From an uncultured delta proteobacterium (GTDB lineage Bacteria; Desulfobacterota; Desulfomonilia; Desulfomonilales; Desulfomonilaceae), in the NCBI GenBank assembly GCA_963789265.1, contig CAWBKB010000003.1, positions 224,001-288,000 of the forward strand: DNA of 64,000 nt. The letters run 5' to 3'. Shown here piece by piece: positions 1 through 11,166 of the stretch. The translations under genes and the position numbers were made by a program. The notes below the pieces were generated by a model. It searched no databases. It saw nothing but the letters and a program-made list of their open reading frames with translations, and was not told the origin of the DNA. Numbering within the stretch: the first letter of the stretch is position 1; the number at the start of each line of letters is the position of its first letter.

Positions 1-119
1 GGTCTGAATGTCGTGGAAACAGCGGCGCCGTAATAGGGGCAGCCCGAACTCAAAGTCACAAAAAGAAGGATTGCTGTAGGGACGATCCTACGCGGTGCGC
101 GTTCCGGGATATCAGACAC
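1..119 (-). CDS. 5' part of a probable lipoprotein (NlpD/LysM-M23-like by position), runs off the window
   Basis: GTG at 119 opens MSDIPERAPRRIVPTAILLFVTLSSGCPYYG..., a basic N-region, hydrophobic stretch and lipobox-like SSGC. It lies just downstream of pcm, where nlpD is commonly found. Confidence 0.45.
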   Translation of the reverse strand, partial: MSDIPERAPRRIVPTAILLFVTLSSGCPYYGAAVSTTFR

Positions 120-149
120 TGGAATATTTCAGTCCCCATCTTGAAGGTT

Positions 150-797
150 TCAATTCCTCGACCATCCAAACTTGCCCACAAGATCCACAAATCGGCATCC
201 TGTATGGCTTTCTACGAGCATGCCTTCTCTTGTTCTGGTGACCAGCTTTAGAACCTGAGAAAAACGATCGCCGACCGGAATGATCAATCTGCCCCCTTCC
301 GCGAGCTGATCGACCAATGTGTCAGGGATTTTGGGCGCCCCCGCGGTGACAACAATTCCTTGGTAAGGGGCATGCTCCGGCCAGCCTTGAGTACCATCCC
401 CCACCAGGAAAGTAATATTTGTGTAGCCACATCTTTCGATAGCCTTCTTGGCCCGCTCGGCAAGGCTATCAATCCTTTCCACTGTGTACACCCACTTGCA
501 TAACCTTGATAGCACCGCCGCCTGGTATCCTGAACCTGTGCCAACCTCCAGCACCAGCCAATCTTCTTGCAGCCTCAAAAGCTCCGTCATTACTGCCACC
601 ATATAGGGCTGGCTGATGGTCTGGCCTCCTCCGATAGGCAGAGGGCTGTCATCGTACGCCTCATCTTGCAGGCCTTCATCTACAAAGCGATGGCGCGGAA
701 CCTCTCCCATCGCCTCGAGTACGCGGTTATCCTTGATTCCTCGGGCAACGAGTTGCCGCTGAACCATCAGTCTTCTCGCAGTTGCATAGTCTCTCAT
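150..797 (-). CDS. pcm: Protein-L-isoaspartate O-methyltransferase
   Basis: Motifs GQTISQP, VLEVGTGSGYQAA, GDGTQGWPEHAPY; likely start MRDYATARR at 797. Confidence 0.95.
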   Translation of the reverse strand: MRDYATARRLMVQRQLVARGIKDNRVLEAMGEVPRHRFVDEGLQDEAYDDSPLPIGGGQTISQPYMVAVMTELLRLQEDWLVLEVGTGSGYQAAVLSRLCKWVYTVERIDSLAERAKKAIERCGYTNITFLVGDGTQGWPEHAPYQGIVVTAGAPKIPDTLVDQLAEGGRLIIPVGDRFSQVLKLVTRTREGMLVESHTGCRFVDLVGKFGWSRN

Positions 798-890
798 GAA
801 GCGCCCAATTTCAGCCCAACTCTCTTTATCGGCGAAAAACCTAGTGCATCGGCAGTATTCAGTTTGCACTCATCCTGTGGCCTACCGCGC

Positions 891-1424
891 TCATCGGACA
901 CCCGGTTGGTAGGACGAGGCCGGGGGAAGCGGCCGGGTTCGGGTGGCCGGGACGCGGTCGTTTTGCAACGAAGGCTCCCCCTGTACTTGAGACTGGGCCG
1001 GACCTCCTTGGGTTGCAGGAGTTTCAGGGAAAAAATTACCGTCCATAAAATTAGCCACGCGATCCATGAGACTCGAGGGTAGATTGAAGAGCCAGTCCAC
1101 AGTCCCGGAAAGAAACGCTCCAGCGGAGGCTCCGTTGTAATAAGGGTTATTATAAGGAGGGTAAGGGTAGTGGGGCGAAGTCTCGCTGCCGTTACGGGGG
1201 GGCGCAGGGATTGACTGCGCTTGATTCCCGTTGGAGGACCGAGGCAAACCGCCGTACCCGGCCGGGTTTGCGCCGTAGGATTGAGCTGAAGGGTAAACCC
1301 CTTGTGGCAGTGGCGTCACCCCAGGCCGAGAAACCGGAGACTGACTTTGCCAACTCTGGCCCTGCGCGACAGCTACCGTCATCAGGACCAAAATCGAGAC
1401 ACCTAGTACGCGCTTGATAGCCAT
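891..1424 (-). CDS. Hypothetical secreted Pro/Gln/Tyr-rich protein
   Basis: 177 aa ORF with GAGGAG RBS, signal peptide (..VAVAQG) and low-complexity body. Confidence 0.7.
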   Translation of the reverse strand: MAIKRVLGVSILVLMTVAVAQGQSWQSQSPVSRPGVTPLPQGVYPSAQSYGANPAGYGGLPRSSNGNQAQSIPAPPRNGSETSPHYPYPPYNNPYYNGASAGAFLSGTVDWLFNLPSSLMDRVANFMDGNFFPETPATQGGPAQSQVQGEPSLQNDRVPATRTRPLPPASSYQPGVR

Positions 1425-1630
1425 GGTTTTCTCCTCAACGGTTTGTATGGCAGAGACACTTAGATCGAAGCGCTAAGGATTTCAATCTTTTTCTGCGAAA
1501 CTCTGCGCATAGGGGCGCATTCGACAACGTGCGAAATTCAGGTACCCATTCAATTACGCGGGCAATTTTCCGTCTGTCGTTACAGCGAGGAGTGAAAACC
1601 CGCGTCACACGGGAAAGCAATCTTTTCCTT

Positions 1631-1769
1631 TATAACAGTTGCCAAAAATTCGGATTCGGTGGATAAAATCCGGGGATTGTAGGGGCGACCGGTGGTCGCC
1701 CCAGGCGAATGCCATTCGCCCCTACGAGGTCTCGCTAACAAAAGGCCATCGTTTATGGCAACTGCTCTA
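1631..1769. repeat. MITE-like element with terminal inverted repeats enclosing a GTAG-type REP palindrome
   Basis: Ends acagttgcca ... tggcaactgc; internal gtaggggcgaccggtggtcgccc...gccattcgcccctac. Confidence 0.65.
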
Positions 1770-2029
1770 AACGCCGCTTAGATTGCCAGTGGGACGTCCC
1801 GCGCGGAACGCGGGATTGCCCGTCATCCCTAATAGACAGGCTGTCTCGCGAGGCGCGGGACGGTCTCACCTTGCACTCCTCGCAATGACAAGAGCCCGAA
1901 GATGCCCCGCGTAATTGAAGGAATACTTTGAAGAGGCAATTTGTGTTGAATTGATCCGGACCCTGCGTTACATTATGACGTTTGTTTGAACCGCTTCCAC
2001 GTCTCGTTCAGGGTAGGAGGTAGAGAGAA

Positions 2030-3116
2030 ATGGCCGCTCGAATACGCAACTTTAATCCTGGTCCTGCGGCGCTGCCGCTTCCGGTCCTCGAAGAGGTCAA
2101 GGAAGAGTTCCTTGACTTCAAAGGTTCAGGGATGTCCATCGCCGAGATCAGCCACCGATCGGCTCTTTTCGAAGGCGTTCTCAACGACGCGGTGCAGCGC
2201 CTGAAACGTCTCTTGAAGCTGTCGGACACTTTTAAGATCCTTTTTCTCCAAGGTGGGGCAAGCTCGCAATTTTTCATGATCCCGATGAATCTTATTCCCG
2301 ACGGATCTTCCGCGGACTACATAAATACCGGATCTTGGGCGAAAAAGGCTATAAAGGAAGCACAGATTCTCCTAAAGGCTCACAAAGTGATCGCTTCCAG
2401 TGAGGATCGGAACTTCAGCTATATCCCGAAGGACTTTTCGGTCAATCAGGATGCCGCGTACCTTCATTTGACCTCAAACAATACTATCGAAGGGACCCAA
2501 TGGGCGTCCTTTCCCCAAGCGGGGAATGTACCGTTGGTCGCTGACATGTCTTCCGACATCTTGTCCAGAACCTTTTGACCCCGCTCCTTTCGGACTCATA
2601 TATGCGGGCGCGCAGAAGAACCTTGGGCCCGCAGGCGTTACCGTTGTCATCGTACGCGACGACATGCTCGAGAAGGTCCCCTCGGACCTCCCGACAATGT
2701 TGCGTTATAGGACTCATTCTGAAAAGAACTCCCTGTACAACACTCCGCCCTGTGTGGCCATTTACATGGTTCAGCTTGTCCTGAAGTGGATCGAGGAGAC
2801 CATTGGCGGTTTGGGAGTGATGGAGCGACTCAACCGGGAAAAAGCCGATTTGATATACAATTTCATTGGGGGCAACGGGTTCTACAGATGTACAGCGGAT
2901 GCTGATAGCCGCTCCAATATGAATGTGACATTCAGACTGCCGGATGAAAATCTGGAAAAGAAATTCGTCGCGGAGGCTTTGAAGTCCGGATTGGGTGGCC
3001 TGAAGGGCCATCGCTCGGTGGGAGGTTGTCGAGCGTCTATTTACAATGCCGTAGGCATCGACGCCGTCCGCAGTCTTGTGGATTTTATGAAGATGTTCGC
3101 TGAAAAGAATGGCTGA
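2030..3116 (+). CDS. serC: Phosphoserine aminotransferase (one +1 frameshift near 2570, probably a sequencing error)
   Basis: NFNPGPA, EISHRS, DMSSDILSR in one frame; FDPAPFGLIYAGAQKNLGPAG and GHRSVGGCRASIYNA in the next. Confidence 0.93.
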
Positions 3117-3304
3117 TAACCTTGACTAAGACGAGCATTTCTCCGCTTGCCTCGGCGACCAGCTTCTAGAATCAGCCACGCAGCAGGTGTGGCGATAGCG
3201 GCGTCAAAGATCTGTCCGCGACGGCACGAACCGTCGTGACGAATCCGGCCTGCCGCGGCATTACTCGCTTGCAAGTGCATCGTTCAAAGCCTGGAGACGA
3301 GGAA

Positions 3305-4905
3305 ATGGCCTACCATATCCTAGTGTCGGACAATGTTCACCAGCAGGGAATAGACCTTCTGCAAAAGCAGGAAGGCTTCCTCGTGGACGTTAAGACCGGG
3401 CTGTCTGCAGAAGTCCTGAAGGAGATTATCGGGAAATACCATGGTCTGGTCATTCGCAGTAATACTGCGGTGACCGCAGACCTCCTGAAGTTTGCTCCAA
3501 AACTCAAAGTCATCGGTCGAGCGGGGACCGGTCTGGACAATGTGGACCTTGCCGCGGCAACGCGGCGAGGCATAGTCGTCATGAACACTCCGGGAGGAAA
3601 CGCGGTGGCCACCGCGGAACACACAATAAGTCTCATCATGTGCGCCCAACGTCACATACCCCAGGCAGTAGCGTCCATGAAGGAAGGAAAGTGGGAGAAG
3701 AAAAAGTTCCAGGGTCGCGACATGGCCGGCAAAACCCTCGGAGTCATAGGTCTGGGAAAGGTCGGCAGCATAGTCGGCAAACTAGCCTCCCGAGGACTAA
3801 AGATGAATGTGCTCGGATATGACCCATTCACGACTGCTGAGGCTGCCTCTCAAATCGGAGTTAAGCTCGCATCGTTGCAAGAAATTTTGAGCTGTTCGGA
3901 TGTAATTACAGTGCATACGCCTCTTAACAATGAGACCTGCGGAATGATTGATTCTGCTGCTTTCGGAAAGATGAAAGAGGGGGTCATTGTCGTTAATTGC
4001 GCTCGAGGGGGAATAATCGATGAAGATGCCCTCTGGGACGCACTGGAATCTGGCAAGGTGTCTGCGGCGGCCCTCGACGTTTATACGAGCAGTCCGCCTG
4101 GAGAGCATCCCCTGGTTATGCATCCGAAGGTTGTGGCCACGCCGCATCTGGGGGCTTCTACGGGAGAGGCTCAGATCAATGTTGCTGTCGCTGTCGCGAA
4201 GCAAATAATCGACTATCTGGCAAAGGGGGTTGTCCGAAACGCGGTGAACCTCCCGAGCATAGACCCGGCTCAGGCTGCCAAAACAATTCCGTACCTCGAC
4301 CTGGCCGGGCGTTTGGGGCAGTTCCTCGGCCGACTCACTCCCAACGGCATAGTAGAGCTGGAAATAGAGTATCACGGGGAAGTTGCGTCCTGGGACCTGA
4401 AACCCATAACCAATTCCGGGTTGGTCGGGCTGCTCTCCGGCTTCGAGGGCACTGAGGTGAACCAGGTCAACGCCTCAATGATCGCCCAGGGCAGGGGGAT
4501 TTGCGTTTTTGAAACAACGCTTAGAGAAAGCGAATTACACGGATCGTCCCTTTTGCTGCGGACGGTAACATCCAAAGGGATTTCCCGCAGCGTTCAGGGC
4601 GCTCTTATCAGGCGCATCGGCTATGAACCGCGCATTATCGGAATCGACGGATTTGTTACCGAAGCGGTGCCGGCAGGCCCTATGCTCATAGTAACCAATA
4701 GAGACATTCCCGGGATGATCGCGGGCATGTCGGGCGCGTTAGCAGCCGGAGGAATCAACATAGCGCAGATGAACTTGTCGCGGGAGTGCATCGGTGGCAT
4801 GGCCATGTCAATAATTAATATTGACGAGCCCGCGGATGAGTCTACGCTCGATAGCATACGAAGTATCGAAGGAATCATTGGCGTGAAGCAGGTCATCCTG
4901 GATTC
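3305..4905 (+). CDS. serA: D-3-phosphoglycerate dehydrogenase with ASB and ACT domains (no stop codon; in frame with purA; end approximate)
   Basis: GRAGTGLDNVD, GLGKVG, NCARGG, TPHLGAST, C-terminal ACT (NRDIPGMIA..INIAQM); start MAYHILVSD after GAGG. Confidence 0.93.
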
Positions 4906-5011
4906 GGGAGCAATTGCTGCGGCAGGGACCGATTCCGCCTGCGACACAGCTTCCCTGCGACGCCCTCATGGGCGCTATCAGCTTAATAACGAACAAGAAA
5001 GGCATCAGGAT

Positions 5012-6301
5012 TTGAGCACTCTAGTTATAGTAGGAACACAGTGGGGTGACGAAGGCAAAGGGAAAATCGTGGATTTGCTTACCAGCCGCGCTGAGGTCGT
5101 GGTGCGGTTCCAAGGTGGCAGCAATGCGGGACACACTTTAAAGGTTGCCGGCGAACAGATCATTGTGCACCTGATACCGTCAGGCATACTCTACCCCGAA
5201 ACTCTCAACATCATTGCCAACGGGATGGTGGTCGATCCGGGAGTGCTGCTCCAGGAAAAGGACTCGTTACGGAAGAAGGGCCATTTCCTCAACGATCGGC
5301 AGTTGCTCATTTCTGAACGCGCTCACGTTATTATGCCCTATCACAAGATTATCGACCTGGGCCGTGAAGAAATTCTTGGCAAAGCCAGGATCGGGACCAC
5401 CGGTTGGGGAATCGGTCCGGCCTATGAGGACAAGGCATCCAGAATGGGGATACGGATGGGCGACCTTCTGAAGCCCGACACTTTGCCACAGCGGGTGACG
5501 GCTGCGCTGGAAGAAAAGAATTTCATGATAGAGCATCGATTTAAGCGCCCCAAGCTGAATCCCGATCAGGTAGTTGAAGAGTACCTCGATCACGGCAAGA
5601 GACTCGCACCCCACATAACAGATACGAGTCTCGTACTTTACAATAAGATCTCGGAAGGGACTCGCGTACTATTTGAGGGCGCACAAGGGACGCTTCTAGA
5701 CATTGATCACGGAACCTACCCCTTTGTAACCTCCTCAAATGTGGTGGCAGGAAACGTTTGCTGCGGCGCGGGCGTCAGCCCCACCTCGGTGGAAAGAATA
5801 TGGGGAGTGGTAAAAGCTTACTCGACACGGGTCGGGCAAGGCGGATTTCCTACTGAGTTAAACGACGATTTAGGAGAGAGAATCCGTGAGATCGGGGCGG
5901 AATTCGGGGCGACAACAGGTCGGCCTCGGCGCTGCGGCTGGTTGGATCTGGTTGTGGTGAATCACAGTGTTCGCCTGAACGGCCTGACAGGCCTTGCTTT
6001 AACAAAGATGGATGTGCTTACCGGCATATCTCCTTTGAAAATTTGCACCGCGTACGAATTGGACGGACGGATAATAGACAGGATGCCGGCGGACATCAAT
6101 GACCTGGCAAGACTGGTGCCGCAGTACCGAGAAGTGAAAGGCTGGGACAAGCCGCTGGATTCTTGCCGCTCCTTCGAAGACCTGCCCAAAAAAGCGAGGG
6201 ACTTCGTTGGGACTATTGAACACCTCACCGGTGTTCCGGTTACGCTGGTCTCGATCGGCCCGGCGAGGGAGCAAAGCATACTGCGCAAGTCGCCATTCTG
6301 A
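5012..6301 (+). CDS. purA: Adenylosuccinate synthetase
   Basis: TTG start (M)STLVIVGTQWGDEGKGK; GGSNAGHT, EGAQG, HGTYPFVTSS, GATTGRPRRCGWLD. Confidence 0.95.
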   Translation: MSTLVIVGTQWGDEGKGKIVDLLTSRAEVVVRFQGGSNAGHTLKVAGEQIIVHLIPSGILYPETLNIIANGMVVDPGVLLQEKDSLRKKGHFLNDRQLLISERAHVIMPYHKIIDLGREEILGKARIGTTGWGIGPAYEDKASRMGIRMGDLLKPDTLPQRVTAALEEKNFMIEHRFKRPKLNPDQVVEEYLDHGKRLAPHITDTSLVLYNKISEGTRVLFEGAQGTLLDIDHGTYPFVTSSNVVAGNVCCGAGVSPTSVERIWGVVKAYSTRVGQGGFPTELNDDLGERIREIGAEFGATTGRPRRCGWLDLVVVNHSVRLNGLTGLALTKMDVLTGISPLKICTAYELDGRIIDRMPADINDLARLVPQYREVKGWDKPLDSCRSFEDLPKKARDFVGTIEHLTGVPVTLVSIGPAREQSILRKSPF

Positions 6302-6311
6302 CGTTGGGGGC

Positions 6312-6515
6312 CTAGCCTCCGAAGGAGGGGTGTATGAACTCCACCCTGTCCCCATCCTTTATGGTGTGAGAACTGAAGTCCTTTCGGTAGATGAACCTGC
6401 CGTTAACCTCAACGATAACCGCGGGGTCGTCCTCTTTGCTCCTGTCGAGCAGATCCTGGATGGTCAACTCATACCCCTGGAAATCCTCTGGAAAGCCGTT
6501 GAATATAAATCTCAA
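6312..6515 (-). CDS. ThiS/MoaD-family sulfur carrier protein
   Basis: 67 aa ubiquitin-like pattern VEVNG...DGDRVE, ending in GG. Confidence 0.85.
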   Translation of the reverse strand: MRFIFNGFPEDFQGYELTIQDLLDRSKEDDPAVIVEVNGRFIYRKDFSSHTIKDGDRVEFIHPSFGG

Positions 6516-6572
6516 TTCATCAGCCTCGCCAAGCGTTCCCGATAATGGGTCGCATTTTCTGTCGACTTACTC

Positions 6573-8928
6573 CTATTTTCCCTCCTTCTGGGCTCTGAGG
6601 GCCATGTAGAGCCGCTCCGAAGTACAGGGCAATTCGTTGACCCTGACGCCCGTGGCATCGTAAATGGCATTGAGTATCGCAGGGATGGTCGGCATGATTG
6701 CCCCCTCCCCCACCTCTTTTGCTCCGTACGGGCCGTTGGGCTCACGGGATTCCACGATGATGCTCTTCACATTGGGCATATCCAGAGCAGTGGGGATGCG
6801 GTACTCGCCTAGGGACGCGTTCACGATGCGGCCACGAGAGTCGAACTTCACCTCTTCAAAGAGACATTCGCCAAGCCCCATGGAAAGCGATCCCTGCATC
6901 TGCCCCTCGACCGAGGCCCGATTTATTGCCAGGCCGCAATCATGGGCATCGGTCATGTTGTCTACAGTCACTTGCCCAGTCTCAAGATCCACCGTAACCT
7001 CCACAACCTGGGCCGAACACCCGTACGCAGGTGAAGTGCCGACCGCGGCCCCCTTGTACGCTCCCCCGAGCTTGGGAGGCTTGTATTTTCCGGTGCCTAC
7101 CAGTGTTCCGCCCTTTAGATATGCGAGTCGCGCTCGCTTCCCGGAAGGTTAGATACTCCCCGGACGGAGGATCGCTCCAGCCGCGGTGTTCCTTGATGTA
7201 CTGCGTGCGTATCTTCTCGAAGTCACCCGGACCTCCGTTGAAGCGTACGGTTCCGTTGCGGAAGCTGATGGACTCAGGATCGCACTCCATTGCCTCAGCC
7301 AGGTAAGCGGCAATTTGGGCGCGCACGTGCTCCGCGGCTTGTTTGGTCGTGTGACCGGTCATGAGAGTTTGGCGACTGGAATACGCCCCCAGGTCCACAC
7401 TCAGGTCAGTGTCTCCCGAGACCACCCTAACATTTTCGAGGGGAATGCCGAGAGTCTCGGCCGCGATCATTGCAAAGGCCGTGTCCGAGCCTTGACCTAT
7501 CTCTGCCGATCCGCTGAGCACGTTCACGATCCCGCCATCTTCGCTGACTTTTATGACTACCGTTGAATGGTACGTGTCCGACCGATAGATTGGATAACCA
7601 GCCCCCGAGACGAAGAAGCCGCATGCCATTCCGATTCCTTTGCCCTTCGGAAGCTTGTCTTTCTTATTCGTCCAATCCGAGTTGTCACGCACGGCCTCAA
7701 CGCAATCCTTCATGCCCAGGCTCGACATGTCCAACTGGTTGATCGTCATGTCTCCTGCGGTCATGATGTTCTTGAGACGCATTTCAACAGGATCTATGCC
7801 GAGCTTTTCCGCGGTCATGTCCACAAGTTGCTCGAACGCTGCTCTGTGTGTCACTCCGCCATGGCCTCTCTGTGCCCCGCACGCCGGCCTGTTGGTATAA
7901 ACTCGATGTCCGTCGTATTTCATCGCTTGTAGCTTGTATGGCCCTCCGAGGAGTGAGCCTGAGTAGTACACCGTCGCAATGCCGAAACTCGTGTACGCGC
8001 CCCCATCCAGGACAGCCTTGTTCTTGAGAGCAACCATAGTGCCGTCCTTCTTCACTCCCAGGCTCATTTCTGCATAGAACTGGTGCCGAGCCCGACTGTG
8101 CAGGAAGACCTGTTCTCTGGAATAGGTCATCTTCACCGGCTTGCCGGTTATTTTGGCAAGGAAGGCCGAACTCATCTCCAGTGGGGTCGCTTCACACTTG
8201 GGACCGAATCCGCCCCCCACGTAGGGCTTGACCACTCTGACATTCCCCACCGGGATTTGAAGGACCATAGCCACGGTCCTCATCACGTAATGCGGAACCT
8301 GTGTGGACGATTGCAGAGTGAGCTTGCCGTCAAGATCAAAGACCGCCAGACAGGAATGCGGCTCAATAAACGCCGCGTCTTGCCGCTTGTTGAGAAAAGT
8401 GTGATTCACCACGAGATCGCACGACGCAAGGGCAGCTTCCGTATCACCAAACTCCTGATGAACTTCAGCATTGATATTGCCGGGGAATTCTGCGTGTATC
8501 TGAGGGGCCCCTTCTTTCATGGCCTCAAACATATCAAACACGGCAGGCAGCTCTTCGTAATCGACTTTGATAAGGCTTACAGCCTCCTGAGCGGTGGCCT
8601 GATCTACCGCCGCGACAGCGGCTATTTCATCCCCGACGTAACGAACTTTTTCATGGGCAAATAGAGTCTCATCGTACCGAGCGGGCGAGACTCCATATTT
8701 CACCAATCCGACTTCCTTAGCAGTGATCACAGCTTTAACACCCGGCAGATTTCGGGCTTTGGAAGTGTCGATATGAAGGATTTTTGCGTGCGGGAGAGGA
8801 CTCTGAAGTATTGCCGCGTACAGCACACCAGGCATGCTGAGATCGTCAGCGTATTTAGCCCGACCGGTGGCTTTGGCAGGAGCATCCAACCGGGGTGCCT
8901 TAGTATTGATAACCTGGAATTCAGTCAT
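6573..8928 (-). CDS. Xanthine dehydrogenase family molybdopterin-binding subunit, HcrA-like (one frameshift near 7130)
   Basis: KATGRAKYADD, QVPH, VGGGFGPK, GAQRGHG, AEIGQG, GAYSSR, then after the shift EGQMQG and GAKEVGEG. Confidence 0.9.
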
Positions 8929-8929
8929 T

Positions 8930-9412
8930 TCAGGATACCTCCATTCCCTCAATCGTCTTCGCGGCTTCCTGCACGGCTTCAACAATCTTCTGATAGCCGG
9001 TGCATCGGCAAAGATTTCCGGAGATCGCTGTGCGGATCTCATGTTCTGTCGGCTTTGGATTGGCATCCAGGAGCGCCTTGGCTGACAAGATCATTCCTGG
9101 CGTGCAAAATCCGCATTGGATGGCTCCCTGGTCCACGAATGCCTGCTGAATGGGATGCAGCCGGCCGTTCTGAGCCAACCCCTCGATGGTGAGCACTTCT
9201 CGCCCTGCCGCCTGAACTGCAAGCACTAGACACGAATTTGCAGGCATGCCGTCAAGGATGACCGTGCAGACGCCGCAGTCCCCAAGGCCGCAGCCGTGCT
9301 TCGTCCCTGTCAGCCCCAAACCTTCCCGCAAGAACTGCAAGAGGGTCTCGTTAGGCTCTACCGCTGCTTCAACCAACTCTCCGTTGACGGTCAACCGGAT
9401 TATAGTCTTCAT
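8930..9412 (-). CDS. Molybdoenzyme [2Fe-2S] subunit (CoxS/HcrC-like)
   Basis: GCGLGDCGVCTV, QCGFCTPG, GNLCRCTGY. Confidence 0.93.
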   Translation of the reverse strand: MKTIIRLTVNGELVEAAVEPNETLLQFLREGLGLTGTKHGCGLGDCGVCTVILDGMPANSCLVLAVQAAGREVLTIEGLAQNGRLHPIQQAFVDQGAIQCGFCTPGMILSAKALLDANPKPTEHEIRTAISGNLCRCTGYQKIVEAVQEAAKTIEGMEVS

Positions 9413-9455
9413 CGTGTTTATCTCCCTGGAATTAAAGTTCGAAGCGCCCAACGAA

Positions 9456-10343
9456 TCATGGCTTCCAGGAGCGCGCCAGCTCCAATGACGCCTGAAGTGA
9501 CTTTCTCGTCAGCACTTCAATCATCATGCACCGATATTCCATGGTCCCTCGATGATCGGTGATCGGACTGCACATGCCGACACCTATTTCACCTGCCTGC
9601 TTGAATAACTCCTCCGTCGGCTGCTGACCAATCAGGAATTCTTCAGAAGAGAAAGCGCGGACCGGCGTTGGCGCAACAGCTCCGAGGGCGATGCGCGCGT
9701 CCGCAATGGGCCCATCGGGGGACTGCAGAGTGATCATGGTGGCCACGTTCACCATTGAGATCTCAAGAGTCTTACGAGCGCCCAGCTTTAAGTAACTGCC
9801 GCCGCTCCACGGAGGAGGGGTCTCCATGTTGACAGATACCATCAACTCATTGGGCTCTATCAACGTTTCCCCCGGCCCGCGGAAGAAATCGCTCACCGGC
9901 ACCTCCCGTTCCGCTGCGGCGCTCTTTAGCTTTACGGTCGCATTCAAAACCATGCACGCGGGTGGAAGGTCTGCGGCGGGACGCCCGTTGACAAGGTTGC
10001 CGCCGATGGTCGCTCTGTTCCGAATCATGGGAACTCCCAGCTTCCCGGCAGCCAGGGCCAACGGCGTAAATCTGTCCCCTATCAGCTCATGGCGTGACAG
10101 GCTCGCCGCGGTCACGGCCGCTCCAATGGTCACTCCGTGGCTATTCCGAGGAATGACGGCATCCATACCAGGCACACGGGCGATGGAAATTACGTGAACG
10201 GGCTTGTCGATCTTCAGTTTCATCCTAACCAGAAGATCCGTCCCGCCTGCCAGCACTTTGGCGTTGCCGCCGAACTCTGAGAGCAAGTGCAGGGCCTCTT
10301 CAAGCGTCGAAGGTTCGTGATACTCAAACTTTGGCAGGAGCAT
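9456..10343 (-). CDS. Molybdoenzyme FAD-binding subunit (CoxM-like)
   Basis: AGGTDL, IRNRATIGGNL, DHRGTMEYR. Confidence 0.92.
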   Translation of the reverse strand: MLLPKFEYHEPSTLEEALHLLSEFGGNAKVLAGGTDLLVRMKLKIDKPVHVISIARVPGMDAVIPRNSHGVTIGAAVTAASLSRHELIGDRFTPLALAAGKLGVPMIRNRATIGGNLVNGRPAADLPPACMVLNATVKLKSAAAEREVPVSDFFRGPGETLIEPNELMVSVNMETPPPWSGGSYLKLGARKTLEISMVNVATMITLQSPDGPIADARIALGAVAPTPVRAFSSEEFLIGQQPTEELFKQAGEIGVGMCSPITDHRGTMEYRCMMIEVLTRKSLQASLELARSWKP

Positions 10344-10478
10344 ATCTTTTTCCTCCTGTGCATGGGAAAGAAAAGTTGGTGGTGTTCAGACTGGAGAACA
10401 CGCACGTAAATAGGCGTCTTGATTCACCGGCAAAGAGACCGCCGCGTTGCGGGCAGCGTTCGTTCACATTGAGATGTC

Positions 10479-10808
10479 CTATTCGATGACGGCTTCTATC
10501 CCGTGAGCAGCCAACCATTTAATGAGTTGTTCGCTGCTGGAACGTACCTGCTCCGCCTGGGAAAGACTTTCGTCACCACCTTCATCCGAGTACGGTGGAC
10601 ACCTGAAGTACAGCCAGTCAACATAACCTCCGAATGGCGTTCCATCAGTCGGCCTGTTGCAGGCCATTACGCCGCGAGCTATCTGCACGTCCACGGGAAC
10701 AACCACATGGTAGCTGTCCCCCCTCGGAGAAACCCCTATCCACCCTTCGTTTCCGGAACGAAGAGGCAAAGTCGCCCGGCCAATATCGTTGATGTTGATT
10801 CGTAACAT
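10479..10808 (-). CDS. Hypothetical protein heading the molybdoenzyme operon
   Basis: 109 aa ORF co-oriented with the operon, directly downstream of a good sigma70-type promoter. Confidence 0.6.
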   Translation of the reverse strand: MLRININDIGRATLPLRSGNEGWIGVSPRGDSYHVVVPVDVQIARGVMACNRPTDGTPFGGYVDWLYFRCPPYSDEGGDESLSQAEQVRSSSEQLIKWLAAHGIEAVIE

Positions 10809-10850
10809 GGGGGGCCTGAATTCAGTTTCGGTATCAGGAACTTAGTTCAC

Positions 10851-10879
10851 ACCATAACCGTCAAGCATGATAGTGTCAA
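10851..10879 (-). promoter_or_regulatory. Sigma70-type promoter for the molybdoenzyme operon
   Basis: Minus strand reads TTGACA-N17-TATGGT. Confidence 0.65.
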
Positions 10880-10944
10880 GTGATAACATAGCTTGTGACG
10901 AAAACCATTTGACAATCATTTTCCAAACGGTTACAACTCTTTTT

Positions 10945-10962
10945 AGTTCATTATGATGAACT
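10945..10962. promoter_or_regulatory. Candidate IclR operator (palindrome)
   Basis: AGTTCAT-TATG-ATGAACT perfect inverted repeat between divergent genes; related site at 10825-10842. Confidence 0.6.
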
Positions 10963-11166
10963 GTCCGGCAAGCTCCCGGAACGCGACCGCCCTCCGGATC
11001 GGATCGCACCAAGTAGCTGTTCCGGAGGGAACTTGGGTGGGTGGAGGCCTCGGTAGCGTCTCGCTGCCGGCAACAACAATGCCCATGCGGCTCCGAGATC
11101 CGCCGACAGCACAGCACACGTCAGACGGGCTTTGTTTGACGTCAAATCGGTTGCGGGTGGATTACC

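Noticed and set aside
2576..2578. TGA in serC as a selenocysteine codon, given selC nearby
   Set aside because: SerC homology continues in a different frame, so this is a frameshift and not readthrough.
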